64,000 nt of DNA from an uncultured Gammaproteobacteria bacterium (GTDB lineage: Bacteria; Pseudomonadota; Gammaproteobacteria; UBA9214): positions 1 through 64,000 of the forward strand of contig CAVYZN010000026.1 in NCBI GenBank assembly GCA_963773065.1, written 5' to 3'. This document shows positions 32,580 to 42,396 of the stretch, in pieces. The notes under the pieces were generated by a model. The model saw nothing but the letters and a program-made list of their open reading frames with translations. It was not told where the DNA came from and ran no database searches. The stretch's first letter is position 1; each line of letters begins with the position of its first letter. Both the position numbers and the translations under genes were made by a program.

Positions 32580-32888
32580 TCAGACGCAGCCGGTCGGCTT
32601 CGGCAGGCCGCCGTACTTGGTGATCGGCTTCATGGGACCGGTCATCCACAGCTTGAACATGTTCTTCTGGTCTTCGCCGACATACTTGGCGAACTTGCGG
32701 ATCGGCGGCACCACGGAGTAGGTGTCGAAGTATTCGCGCGCCTTCAGGATGTGCGTCCATTTGACCTCATCCAGGTTCACCGCGTCGGCCTCCGCCATCG
32801 CCCGCGCGATCTCCGGGGTCCACACATGCATATCCGTCAGATAACCATCACCATCGCGTTCTGGAATATTCATTTCCAACCTCTTCAT
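32580..32888 (-). CDS. TusE/DsrC-family sulfur-relay protein (single C-terminal Cys)
   Basis: DGDGYL...W, GPMKPITKYGGLPKPTGCV C-terminus. Confidence 0.9.
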   Translation of the reverse strand: MKRLEMNIPERDGDGYLTDMHVWTPEIARAMAEADAVNLDEVKWTHILKAREYFDTYSVVPPIRKFAKYVGEDQKNMFKLWMTGPMKPITKYGGLPKPTGCV

Positions 32889-33055
32889 TGTCTAAACGAT
32901 TCACATAACGGAGCAAGCGAGGAGCCAGCCCAGCCGCACCGTGTCTTCAGGGGTATTAGACAATACCTGAGTAAATTAATCAAGATTATTTCCGTGCGAT
33001 AAAAGAGGTTCTTCGAATACAGTTTCCTTGTTTGACAGGCAGTTGCCGCTTTTTT

Positions 33056-33475
33056 CTAATAAAATTCGAAGCCGTCGCGCAAACCCTGCCGAACCATCTC
33101 GATCACCGCCGCTAACCCTTCCGGAGTGTAGGGCCGCGCCGGCACCCGTCCCCAGACCGGCGCCGGCCAGGCGGCGTCATCGCGATAGCGCACCACATGA
33201 TGGATATGCAGTTGCGGCACCACGTTGCCGAGCGCCGCGATGTTGAGTTTGTCTGCCCGAAACCGCTCGGCCAGGACAGCCGCCAACTGGGAGGATTCCC
33301 GCAGCAACTGCACCTGGTCGGCCTCACTCAGTTGGTAGATTTCGGATATGCCTTCCCGGTCAGGCACCAGGATGAACCAGGGATAATTCGCATCGCGCAT
33401 CAGCAACAGCCGGCACAGGGTAAAACGCCCGATGAGCAGGCAATCCTGCTGAAGCTGAGGGTGCAGGTCCGCCAT
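33056..33475 (-). CDS. HIT-family protein
   Basis: LHPQLQQD, YPWFILVP, NIAALGNVVPQLHIHH, AWPAPVW. Confidence 0.9.
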   Translation of the reverse strand: MADLHPQLQQDCLLIGRFTLCRLLLMRDANYPWFILVPDREGISEIYQLSEADQVQLLRESSQLAAVLAERFRADKLNIAALGNVVPQLHIHHVVRYRDDAAWPAPVWGRVPARPYTPEGLAAVIEMVRQGLRDGFEFY

Positions 33476-33569
33476 GTCTAATGCCTGCGTGACAGTTGTG
33501 ACGAAACCACCGTACGGGCTGCCATCCCCCGTCATGGCTTCTTCAGTGGCGGCGGGAATGGATCACCGT

Positions 33570-34139
33570 TCACCACGGGGAGCACGGAGGGCGTTGATAC
33601 GGTTGTTGTGTCATGACGGCCTCACTCGCAGGCACCAGCGCCACCCCGCACTGGCGACAGTAGTAGGCCGTCTCGCCGCGATGGACCCTGTTATGCCGCA
33701 GCGTGGTCAACCGGTGGGTGGCGCAGCCACAGGCATACGTGAATCGCCGCTGGCGCCGCACCGGCACGCCCTTTAGATCGTAATCCCCGCTGGAGCGGGG
33801 TTCGGCGCCGAGCGAACGCATGACGGCCTGCCACTCCACGCCATGCGGGCGCACGCCGCGCCAGCCGTAGAGCATGTCCGTGACGTAATGCGCCACCTCA
33901 TGCGGGACGGTCACGGCCAGGTTGTCGTCGAAAAACTTGGCGAAGATATAGGGGTTGTAGCGTATGCCGCGCCAGCCCTGGCGAACGCGATACATGCCGG
34001 CGGAGCGGCCGTGCAGGTCGAAGCTCACGGGGATGGGCGCGAAGTCGCGGCGGCAAATCTCCATGGCGCGGCGCAGGCAGGCATCGGTGGCCTGGCGCAC
34101 CGTCTGCTGCCGCGCGGCATCGATCGGCTCGATCGGCAT
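33570..34139 (-). CDS. sprT: SprT-like zinc metalloprotease
   Basis: FDLHGRSAG, PHEVAH (HExxH), PHGVEW, CxC and CxxC zinc ribbon. Confidence 0.88.
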   Translation of the reverse strand: MPIEPIDAARQQTVRQATDACLRRAMEICRRDFAPIPVSFDLHGRSAGMYRVRQGWRGIRYNPYIFAKFFDDNLAVTVPHEVAHYVTDMLYGWRGVRPHGVEWQAVMRSLGAEPRSSGDYDLKGVPVRRQRRFTYACGCATHRLTTLRHNRVHRGETAYYCRQCGVALVPASEAVMTQQPYQRPPCSPW

Positions 34140-34152
34140 CGTTTCCGCGCGG

Positions 34153-34944
34153 CTAATTACTGAAGACATTGCGCAGAAACTGCTCAAGAGCCTTCCAGGA
34201 GGCAGAATCCGCCGCGGTATTGTAAGCCAGCGGCAGATTGAATTGTTTTCCCAGATTATCCGCGCCGGGGTTGGTGAAGCTGTGTCTTGCGCCCGGGTAG
34301 TTGATGAAGATGTAATCGGCGCCGGCGGCATCCATCATCGTCTTGAAGGCGGCGATCTGCTCCGCCGTCACGAACGGGTCATCGGCGCCGTTGGCGACCA
34401 GGATCTTCGCCTTCACCGCGCCCGCCTGAGGGGTGGAGAGTCCGCCCAGACTGCCGTGAAAACTCGCCACGGCATCCAGGTCGACGCCCTCAATCGCCAT
34501 CTCCAGCACCACGCTGCCGCCGAAGCAGTAACCGATGGCGGCGATCTTCTCCGGGTTGACGGTCGGCTGGCCTTTCAGGAACTCGCGCGCGGCGAGGAAC
34601 CGTGCCTTCATCAGCGGCAGGTTCTGGCGCACCGCGCCAGCGAACTTGCCGGCCTCGTCGGGATGCTCGGCGGTTTTGCCCTCGCCGTACATGTCCACCG
34701 CCAGCGCGGCGTAGCCCAGTTTGGCCAGCAGCTCGGCGCGCTGGCGGGCATAGGCGTTCTGACCCCACCACTCGTGCACCACCAGGATGCCGGGGCGCAT
34801 GCCCTGGATGGCGTCGTCATAGGTCAGATAGCCCTTGAGGGTGATATCGCCGGCCTGATAACTCACCTCCCTGCCGACCACGCCGGCCTGGGTCGCCAGG
34901 CTGACTAGCAACAACAGCAATAAACTCGGGATTGTTCGCGACAT
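34153..34944 (-). CDS. Dienelactone hydrolase family protein, exported
   Basis: HEWWG, GYCFGG, FHG, HSFTNP. Confidence 0.9.
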   Translation of the reverse strand: MSRTIPSLLLLLLVSLATQAGVVGREVSYQAGDITLKGYLTYDDAIQGMRPGILVVHEWWGQNAYARQRAELLAKLGYAALAVDMYGEGKTAEHPDEAGKFAGAVRQNLPLMKARFLAAREFLKGQPTVNPEKIAAIGYCFGGSVVLEMAIEGVDLDAVASFHGSLGGLSTPQAGAVKAKILVANGADDPFVTAEQIAAFKTMMDAAGADYIFINYPGARHSFTNPGADNLGKQFNLPLAYNTAADSASWKALEQFLRNVFSN

Positions 34945-35054
34945 AACTCCCTCCTGGATCGATGATTGACCGCAGCCGGATAGCCGGACGATGGCGGCTT
35001 GTGTATTCGAGGCGGGTCTTCGCCTGATTATAGCCTGCGCTCAGACCGGGACGT

Positions 35055-36119
35055 TCACACGCGGGCGGCATTATCCACCACGGCCAGCACCTTCGCGCCC
35101 CGCACCTCACCGCGCTTCAGTTCCGTCAGCGCCCGGTTGGCCTCCGCGAAGGCGAACACCTGGTGCTCCGGTACGAGCGCGCTCCTGGCCGCCAGCCGCA
35201 AAAACTCCGTGATATCACGGCGCGTCACATTGGCGACGCTCTTGATTTCCTTTTCCATCCACAGGTGTTGCGGATAATCGAGCTGCAACAGGCAGTCCTG
35301 ATCGGCGCTTTCCTTGCGGATGGCATTGATCACCAGGCGCCCGCCCGGCAGCAGATTGGCCAGCGCCTCGACGGCGGGCTTCCACGCCGGCGTGGTATCG
35401 ATGATGGCCTGCAGTCCGTGCGGCGGACGTTGCGTGGTGTCACCCGCCCAGCTCGCGCCCAGCTCCAGGGCAAACCGCCGTTCCCGTTCGCCGCGCGCGA
35501 ACACGTACACCGGCGTATCGGGGTAAAGATGGCGCGCCATCTTCAGCACCAGATGCGCCGCGGCCCCGAAACCGGTCAGGCCGAGGGCCTGGCCGTTGAC
35601 CAGCCCCGTCAGGCGCAGACTGCGGTAACCGATCGCACCGGCACAGAGCAGCGGCGCCGCCTGCGCATCCGACAACGCCGCCGGAACCGGATAGGCATAG
35701 CGTTCGGGCACGACCATGTATTCGGCGTAACCGCCGTTGACATCGCGCCCGGTGGCCAGGAAATCCGGGCACAGGTTCTCCTCGCCCCGCCGGCACCACT
35801 CGCACTCACCGCAAGCGGAATAGATCCAGCCCACGCCGACCCGGTCGCCCAGCGCATGCCGCCTGGCGCCCTTGCCCTTCTCGGCCACCACCCCGACCAC
35901 CTGGTGTCCGGGCACCATCGGATAGGACGGCGGCGGCGCGCGGCCCTCGATTTCATCCAGTTCGGTGTGGCACACGCCACAGACGCTGACACGGATCCGG
36001 ATCTCTCCCGTGGAGGGTTCGGGGATGGGCAAGGCGATGCATTCGAGCGGCTGCGAATCCCGGGATATGTCCGTCACGCGGGTCATGACCCAGGCCTTCA
36101 TGGTGGCAGTATCAGGCAT
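35055..36119 (-). CDS. Zinc-dependent alcohol dehydrogenase
   Basis: CGVCHT, PGHQVVG, CxxCxxC...C, APLLCAG. Confidence 0.92.
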   Translation of the reverse strand: MPDTATMKAWVMTRVTDISRDSQPLECIALPIPEPSTGEIRIRVSVCGVCHTELDEIEGRAPPPSYPMVPGHQVVGVVAEKGKGARRHALGDRVGVGWIYSACGECEWCRRGEENLCPDFLATGRDVNGGYAEYMVVPERYAYPVPAALSDAQAAPLLCAGAIGYRSLRLTGLVNGQALGLTGFGAAAHLVLKMARHLYPDTPVYVFARGERERRFALELGASWAGDTTQRPPHGLQAIIDTTPAWKPAVEALANLLPGGRLVINAIRKESADQDCLLQLDYPQHLWMEKEIKSVANVTRRDITEFLRLAARSALVPEHQVFAFAEANRALTELKRGEVRGAKVLAVVDNAARV

Positions 36120-36306
36120 CAGGCGGCGCTTCGCATCGCGCCGGCCGCGGCATATCCGGCCTGCAGGGCCAGGATGGCATGCAGCAGTTTCATCGCGAGC
36201 ATCTCCCGTCGGTTGGTGTGCGTGTCATTTGCGGTACGCCGTTGTCATGGTACCCAAGCAGGTGACGGCCGGTGCACGGATTCCCCGGGCGGCCTGTCCC
36301 GATTGG

Positions 36307-36994
36307 CTAATGCAGCGTCATGTCGTCCTGGTCGGTGGACGCCACATCCCGCAGGGGAACGAAAGCGACCCCGAGTATCCCGCGGGAGTGAATTTTATTG
36401 CCGGCGTCCTTTTCAACCAGCATGAGTTCCTGGGGCAGGTACTGCCAGCCGACCGGTATGACCAGCCGGCCGCCGGGTTTGAACTGGTCGATGAGCGCCT
36501 GGGGTATCTCGGGTGCGGCGGCGGTGACGATGATGGCGTCATAGGGGGCGTGTTCCGGCCAACCCTCGTAACCATTGCCGATACGATAGTCGATGTTGGT
36601 ATAGTTCAGCCGGGCCAGCCGTTCGGCCGCGGCTACGCCCAGGTCTTTCACGACCTCAACCGTGTACACCGCTTTGGCCAGGCATGACAGGATGGCGGTC
36701 TGATAGCCGGAACCGGTGCCGATCTCCAACACCCGGTCGTCCTCCTTGAGTTGCAGCAGGTCGGTCATCAGGGCGACGATGTAGGGCTGCGATATGGTCT
36801 GGCCATGGCCGATAGGCAATGGCCCGTTGTCATAGGCGGAGGCGCGCATCGCCGCCGGTATAAACTTCTCGCGCGACACTTGACGCATGACCGCCATCAC
36901 CCGCGGGGCCAGCGCCTTCATGCCGGTCAGGGTGCGCGTGTATTCGACCTCGGCCTCGATGTCGGCGATCATGGTCTCGAGGGACGGATTTCAT
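36307..36994 (-). CDS. pcm: Protein-L-isoaspartate O-methyltransferase (possible indel in the first codons)
   Basis: GQTISQPYIVA, VLEIGTGSGY, APYDAIIVTAA, FVPL. Confidence 0.92.
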
Positions 36995-36998
36995 CGCC

Positions 36999-37664
36999 TC
37001 ACCTCGCCGCCAGCGCTTCGATCCGCTCGCGCAGTTGCCCGATTTCCCGGACCAGCTCATCGACCTGCCGTTCCAGCCGGCTGAGCCGCTCCTCGTCGGC
37101 GAGAGCGCCGGCGGCCGGCGTTGCGTGTTCCGCGAAGGATTCCGGGAGCGGCGGTTCCTCGCTGAAAAGCTGCGCATAGCGCGACTCCCGTTTTCCCGGC
37201 TCGCGCGGCAGCCTGGCGACGAATGGCCCGTCATCACGGCGCATCAACTGATCGAGGGTAGCCTCGACCTCGCGCACGTCGTCGAAGTGGCACAGGCGGT
37301 TGGTGCGGCTGCGCAATTCGCCCGGCGTCTGCGCGCCGCGCAGCAGCATGACGCAGAGAACGCCGAGTTCCTGGGACGATAATGTCAGGGAGCCGAATTC
37401 GCTGTTACAGAAGCGGTGCCGGTATTTGGTGACGCGGCTGCCGAACGCGGTTTTCTCGCTGACCAGGTGCTTCTTGACGAGACCGTCGACGATGTCCTGC
37501 ACGAGCGCCTCGTCCAGTTCCATGACCGGTTCGCGGTTGCTCTTCTGGTTGCACGCGTTGACCAGCGCATTGAGCGACAGCGGATACTGATCCGGCGTGG
37601 TGATTTCCTTTTCGATCAGCGCCCCGATGACGCGCGCTTCGTATGCAGTGAGTTCGATATCCAC
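36999..37664 (-). CDS. yceH: YceH/DUF480-family protein
   Basis: [43 protein letters not shown]. Confidence 0.92.
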   Translation of the reverse strand: MDIELTAYEARVIGALIEKEITTPDQYPLSLNALVNACNQKSNREPVMELDEALVQDIVDGLVKKHLVSEKTAFGSRVTKYRHRFCNSEFGSLTLSSQELGVLCVMLLRGAQTPGELRSRTNRLCHFDDVREVEATLDQLMRRDDGPFVARLPREPGKRESRYAQLFSEEPPLPESFAEHATPAAGALADEERLSRLERQVDELVREIGQLRERIEALAAR

Positions 37665-37714
37665 AATGATGTTCCCTTCCAGACGTCGTTCAGAGCCGGG
37701 CAACGCTATTCTAG

Positions 37715-37910
37715 TGCTCCTCTATAAAGAAATACATTCACCGCAAAGACGCAAAGTATCTTAATCGTTTTTTCAATTGTTTTTGATAATAAATCCTTCG
37801 AATTTGGCAATTGCTCCCTGCATCGCCTAAAGCGCCTATTATTGCATCGCTATGGCATCCTCTCGCGCATTTGCATTCCCGTGCATCGTCCATCGCGTCT
37901 TTGCGGTGAA
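37715..37910. mobile_element. MITE family A copy carrying a nested insert
   Basis: ATAAAGAAATACATTCACCGCAAAGACGC...GCGTCTTTGCGGTGAA with extra internal sequence starting GGCAATTGCTCCCTGC. Confidence 0.75.
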
Positions 37911-37955
37911 CGAGATGTGGGGGGCGAGCACCGGGCGAATACCCTATCCGACAGG

Positions 37956-38342
37956 CTACAGACGGCTCTGCAGTTCGAGCAGGGCGCTGAGCGCGGTGGT
38001 GGCGAAGAACACCCCCACCGTGGTCTTCCAGAGCAGCCTCGGGTCCACGTCCCGTCCGGCAATCTTGTCCGCCATCAGCTTCACATAGGAATCGCCCGGG
38101 TCCGGCTGGCGCAGGCATTGCTTCACCCGCCAGTGCAGGTCGGTGAGGAAGCAGTACGTCCAGCCCTTCTTGATCCCCAGGCCGAACCAGGAAAACAGGA
38201 TGAGCCCCTGCAGGCACAGATGCGCAAGGCGCGCCGGCGGATAGAGCCAGCCGAAGGCGCTGAACAATATGACGACGATATGCGCGAGATGAAACAGGGT
38301 GTCGAGCAGTTTCAGGACCGCGATGCGAAGGGATGCGCCCAC
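37956..38342 (-). CDS. DUF2784-like membrane protein
   Basis: FHLAH, SWFGLG, YCFLTDLHW. Confidence 0.65.
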   Translation of the reverse strand: MGASLRIAVLKLLDTLFHLAHIVVILFSAFGWLYPPARLAHLCLQGLILFSWFGLGIKKGWTYCFLTDLHWRVKQCLRQPDPGDSYVKLMADKIAGRDVDPRLLWKTTVGVFFATTALSALLELQSRL

Positions 38343-38358
38343 GTGTTGGTCGCCACCC

Positions 38359-39621
38359 TCAGGCGGATGCCGCATGGATGGCGTCGGCATGCTCCAGCAC
38401 CCGGCGAAAGGCATTGAGGTACTGGTCGAGAATCTCCCGGCCGGCGTTCGGGAATGCCGGCAGGCGCAGCAGGGTGCGGCTGTAGTCGCGGGTCTTGTGC
38501 AACGAGCCTTCCTCATAGACGAGATCCGGCAGGCGGGTCTGCGCCCGCAGTATCCGTTTCCAGTGTCCCTCGGTGAAGAACGGCTGTTCGTGCACCAGCG
38601 GGTAACGGGGCGCCATGACCAGACAGCCCTCGGCCTGCAGGGCCGTGACCAGCGTTTCGACCGGCAGCCGGCCCTTTCCCTCGTCGTAATGGATGATGTA
38701 TTCGAAATAGGTCCGCTCGATATGCGACGGCGCGCGGTAGGTATTGAAGCAGCCCAGCGCCTCCAGACCGTCGGACAGGTATTCCAGGTTGCGGTTGCGC
38801 ATCCGGTTATGTTGCGCGAGGTTCCTGAACTGCACCCGCCCCACCGCCGCGCTGAGCGGCGCCATGCGCGTCTTGATGCCGAAACTGGTGGCCGCAAAAC
38901 GCTGTTGCGGCGACTCCAGTTCCATGATGCGCGCGATATCGCCGAGGCAGACCGCCCGTTCGTGGTAATTTTCGTCGTCGGTGAGGAAGATGCCCCCTTC
39001 CCCGGCCGGGGCGAGCTTGTCGTTCTGCAGGCTGAACACCGAGATGTCCCCCAGGGAACCGCAGGGGCGTCCGCGCCAGCTCGCCCCGTGGGTATGGGAG
39101 GCGTCCTCGATGATCTTCAGATCGTGGCGCTGCGCCAGCGCGAAGATCTCCGTCATTTTGGACGGCATGCCCCACAGGTGTACGACGACCACGGCGCGCG
39201 TGCGCTCCGTGATCTTGCGTTCCATGTCCGCCGGGTCGATACCGAGGCGTTCCTCCTCGCTCTCGCAGAAGACGGGAACCAGGCCGACCCAGAGCATGGG
39301 CAATACCGAGGCCCACCAGGTCGCGCTGGGAACCAGCACCTCGTCGCCCGGTTCCAGATCCAACGCGAAGAAAGCGGCCAGCAGCCCGGCGGTGCCGTTG
39401 TTGTGCGCCAGGGCAAAGCGCCGGCCGGTGAGCGAACGGTAATCGGCCTCCAGTTCGCGCACCACGGAATGGAAACTCAGGTTGCCGTCGCGGATGACTT
39501 GCAGCACCGCTTGTTCGTCTTCCTCGCCAAGCAACGGCCAATGATTCGCCGCGGCGTGGTCTGCCTGGACCAGGGGCGCGGCGCCGAGGATGGCCGGCAG
39601 ATTCTTACTGGTTTTCGACAT
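38359..39621 (-). CDS. DegT/DnrJ/EryC1/StrS-family PLP aminotransferase
   Basis: NNGTAGL, VHLWG, IEDASH, FSLQNDKLAPAGEGG (PLP lysine). Confidence 0.92.
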   Translation of the reverse strand: MSKTSKNLPAILGAAPLVQADHAAANHWPLLGEEDEQAVLQVIRDGNLSFHSVVRELEADYRSLTGRRFALAHNNGTAGLLAAFFALDLEPGDEVLVPSATWWASVLPMLWVGLVPVFCESEEERLGIDPADMERKITERTRAVVVVHLWGMPSKMTEIFALAQRHDLKIIEDASHTHGASWRGRPCGSLGDISVFSLQNDKLAPAGEGGIFLTDDENYHERAVCLGDIARIMELESPQQRFAATSFGIKTRMAPLSAAVGRVQFRNLAQHNRMRNRNLEYLSDGLEALGCFNTYRAPSHIERTYFEYIIHYDEGKGRLPVETLVTALQAEGCLVMAPRYPLVHEQPFFTEGHWKRILRAQTRLPDLVYEEGSLHKTRDYSRTLLRLPAFPNAGREILDQYLNAFRRVLEHADAIHAASA

Positions 39622-39681
39622 GGGTCTCTCCTGGTTCACGACGATGGCGCCTGACGAGCGCACCCAAGCGCGGGCTAGGGG

Positions 39682-41185
39682 CTAGACGGCATCCGCCAGC
39701 AGCTTATCAAACCGGGCGATCACGGTCTCGTCATATCGCGCCACCGCCTCCTGCGCCGCGGCCATATCGCCGCCGTGTAATTCCCGGGCCACGGCGAGGA
39801 CGGCGGCCTGCTTGTCGCCGTTATGGCCAAGCCCTTCGCGCGGCAGCCACTGCGCGATGTTCGTCCGCCGGCGCAGATAGTCTTCCAGGGTGCAACAGAA
39901 CTCACGTTCCCGGCACCAGCGCGGCGAGGTTAGCGCTTGTTCGATGCCGGGAAAGGAGTAAGAGGCGACGGCGACCGATGGTTCCATGTCAACCGCGGGC
40001 CGGGGAAGCGATGGCCGGATGCGGCGGCGGATCATCCGGCCGATCTTGCCGGCCAGCTCGCGGGATCCGGTCAGTTTGCCGCCATAGGCCGTGATCCAGG
40101 GCAGGTCCCTTTCCGGGTGGGCGATACTGCGCCGCGACAACTCCAGCGGATAGCGCGTTGGCGACATAATCGCGATCGACGGCCAGGGCGCGAATGCCAC
40201 AGCGCAGTGAAACCACATCTTCCGGGCCGACTTTGCGGCGCAAATGCCGGTTGGCCGTTTCCAGCAGAAAGCGGATGTCCGCGGGCCGCGGCGTCTGGCC
40301 TTCCCCGATCTCCTTGATGGCGGTCTCGGTCGGTCCCCACAGCGCCACCGGACCCCAGGGAACATAGGTCATCACGTCGTCATGGGCGCCCATGTCGAAG
40401 ATCAGCGGCGAGCGATGTTCCTCGGCCCGCGCCAGACCCAGATACACCCCCTTGCTCAGCGCATGACGGTACGGCGTTTCGATGCCCTGCCGCCGGTTGA
40501 GCGCATCCGCCCAGACGCCGGCGCAATTGACGATCAGCCGCGTGCGCGCCTCGATTGTGCCGCCCAGCAACCGATCGCGCAGCGTCAGGCGCCACACCCC
40601 TTCGGAGCGGACATAATCGCAGCCGACGACCTCGCAGTAGTTGATGGCGGCCTGACCGGGCGGCTGGAAGGGTGTAATCCAGTGCAACACGAAGCGGGCA
40701 TCGGATGACGTGAGCAGGGCCTCTTCGTAGCAGAAGGCCCCCCGGTGGCCGTGCTGGCTGACCAGCGACGCCTCGTCGAAGTCCCGCCGGTACCACGGCA
40801 GTTGACGGCGTCCGGCGCCAAGCAGCCAGTAAAATCCGAGTCCCGCCCCGATGAACGCCGACGGCAGGCCGCCCTTCAGCGACGGGATATAGTGAAACGC
40901 GGCTGGCGCCGTCCACGCGCCCAGTTCCTCCAGCATCCGGTCACGCGAGCGCGACAGCCTGAAGACGGTCAGCAGATCACCGTCGCGCAGATACAGCAGC
41001 CCGCCCCACACCATCATGCCGGAGGACTGGCTCGTGCCCGAGGCGAAATCGCCCTTGTCGACCAGCAGGGTGCGCCAGCCATTGCGGCACAATTCATGGT
41101 ACAGGGAGGCGCCCGTGATGCCGCCGCCAAGGATCAATACATCGAAGACTTCCTCGCCGGCATATTGCCAGTGAACCGAACGCAT
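39682..41185 (-). CDS. GlpD-like FAD-dependent oxidoreductase; frameshift ~40155
   Basis: GGGITGA, DFASGTSQSS, GGLLYL, NCAGVWAD, GPTE, YGGKLT, DYLRRRT. Confidence 0.85.
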
Positions 41186-41230
41186 TTAGCTTCCTCTGCA
41201 GCGACGCATGGTTTTCACTCCGGCGGGTCG

Positions 41231-42142
41231 TCAGCCCGGCGCTTCCTCACCGCCCAGGGCGCGGAGCAATTGCGCCGTGAATTCGTTCAACTCCAGGGTC
41301 ATGAGGGAAAAATCCAGGTCGAAGCGGGTCGCCGGATCTTCCCCTGGCGCGGCTTCCGCCCCCTCCCTGATGACATTCTCGAACCGCAGGCGCTTGAGGG
41401 AGAGGTCCTCATGCAGCAGGCACGATACCCGTTCTTTCCAGTGTATGGCCAGCCTGACCGCGTATTTACCGTTCTTCAGATGGTTGCGGATTTCCCCGGC
41501 CGCGAGGTCCTGACGCCGGCAACTGATCACGCCGCCGTCGGGGTCGGTGTGCTTCAGTTCGCACTCCTCCCCCAGAGCAAAGCCCGGCGGCAGCCGCTCG
41601 CCCTTGAGCCAGCGGGTCAGGGTATGCGAGACGGCCTGTTTCACCTTCACCGGTGTCGCCTTGAAGCTCCCGAGGGTCGTGCGCAGCAGGCTGATGAGCG
41701 CTTCCGCCCTGGCCGGCGTCGGGCTGTCGACCACCATCAGGTCATTGCGGGTATCGAAATAGGCGTACTGGTCCGCGTGGCGCGTCAGGGCGCGGGGCAG
41801 GAGATCAACGATGATGTCATCCTTCATGCGCTGCCGCTCTTTGCGGTAGACCTCGCGCGACTCGGCCGCCGCCACGGCGGCGACCTTGTCATCGAGCATT
41901 TGCTTCACCACGCCGGCGGGAATGATCTTGTCCGCCTTGCGGGCGCAGATCATGAGGTAGCCGTTGGCGGCATGCACCAGTTGCCGGCCGTCACGGCCCA
42001 GCGGCGACACCCAGCCGGCCGCCGTTCTGTCCAGGCGGGCGCAACCGCGAAACGCCGCGCCCTGCAGGCGCTCATCAAGCGCTTCCGGTGCGAGATCAAG
42101 GCGTTGGCCGAGACGGTAGAGCTGCAGGTTTCTAAACCACAT
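41231..42142 (-). CDS. rdgC: Recombination-associated protein RdgC
   Basis: MWFRNLQLYRL, GWVSP, LLPRA, LLRTTLGS, FDLDFSLM. Confidence 0.95.
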   Translation of the reverse strand: MWFRNLQLYRLGQRLDLAPEALDERLQGAAFRGCARLDRTAAGWVSPLGRDGRQLVHAANGYLMICARKADKIIPAGVVKQMLDDKVAAVAAAESREVYRKERQRMKDDIIVDLLPRALTRHADQYAYFDTRNDLMVVDSPTPARAEALISLLRTTLGSFKATPVKVKQAVSHTLTRWLKGERLPPGFALGEECELKHTDPDGGVISCRRQDLAAGEIRNHLKNGKYAVRLAIHWKERVSCLLHEDLSLKRLRFENVIREGAEAAPGEDPATRFDLDFSLMTLELNEFTAQLLRALGGEEAPG

Positions 42143-42396
42143 GGAGACACTCCAAAAAGCGCCACATTATGCGCAAAGACCGTGCGGCTGGCCACCGCTT
42201 TCCGGTAAGTGGGTGTTCAGGAGGGCCCAACCCGTATACAGCGCGGCCCTGTCATCGGATCAGCGCAGCGATCGGTGATTGCAAATAGATTTCGGAAAAC
42301 AGGTGGTTTATGCTACCGCCCTCCCGGGTGGCGAATAATCCAGACGGTGATCGGTCCGTGGGTGCGATGCACAATCCGCGGCGAAGGGTTCGATGC

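Noticed and set aside
32580-32888. A dsr operon or bona fide DsrC
   Set aside because: Only one C-terminal Cys and no dsrAB/EFH in the window
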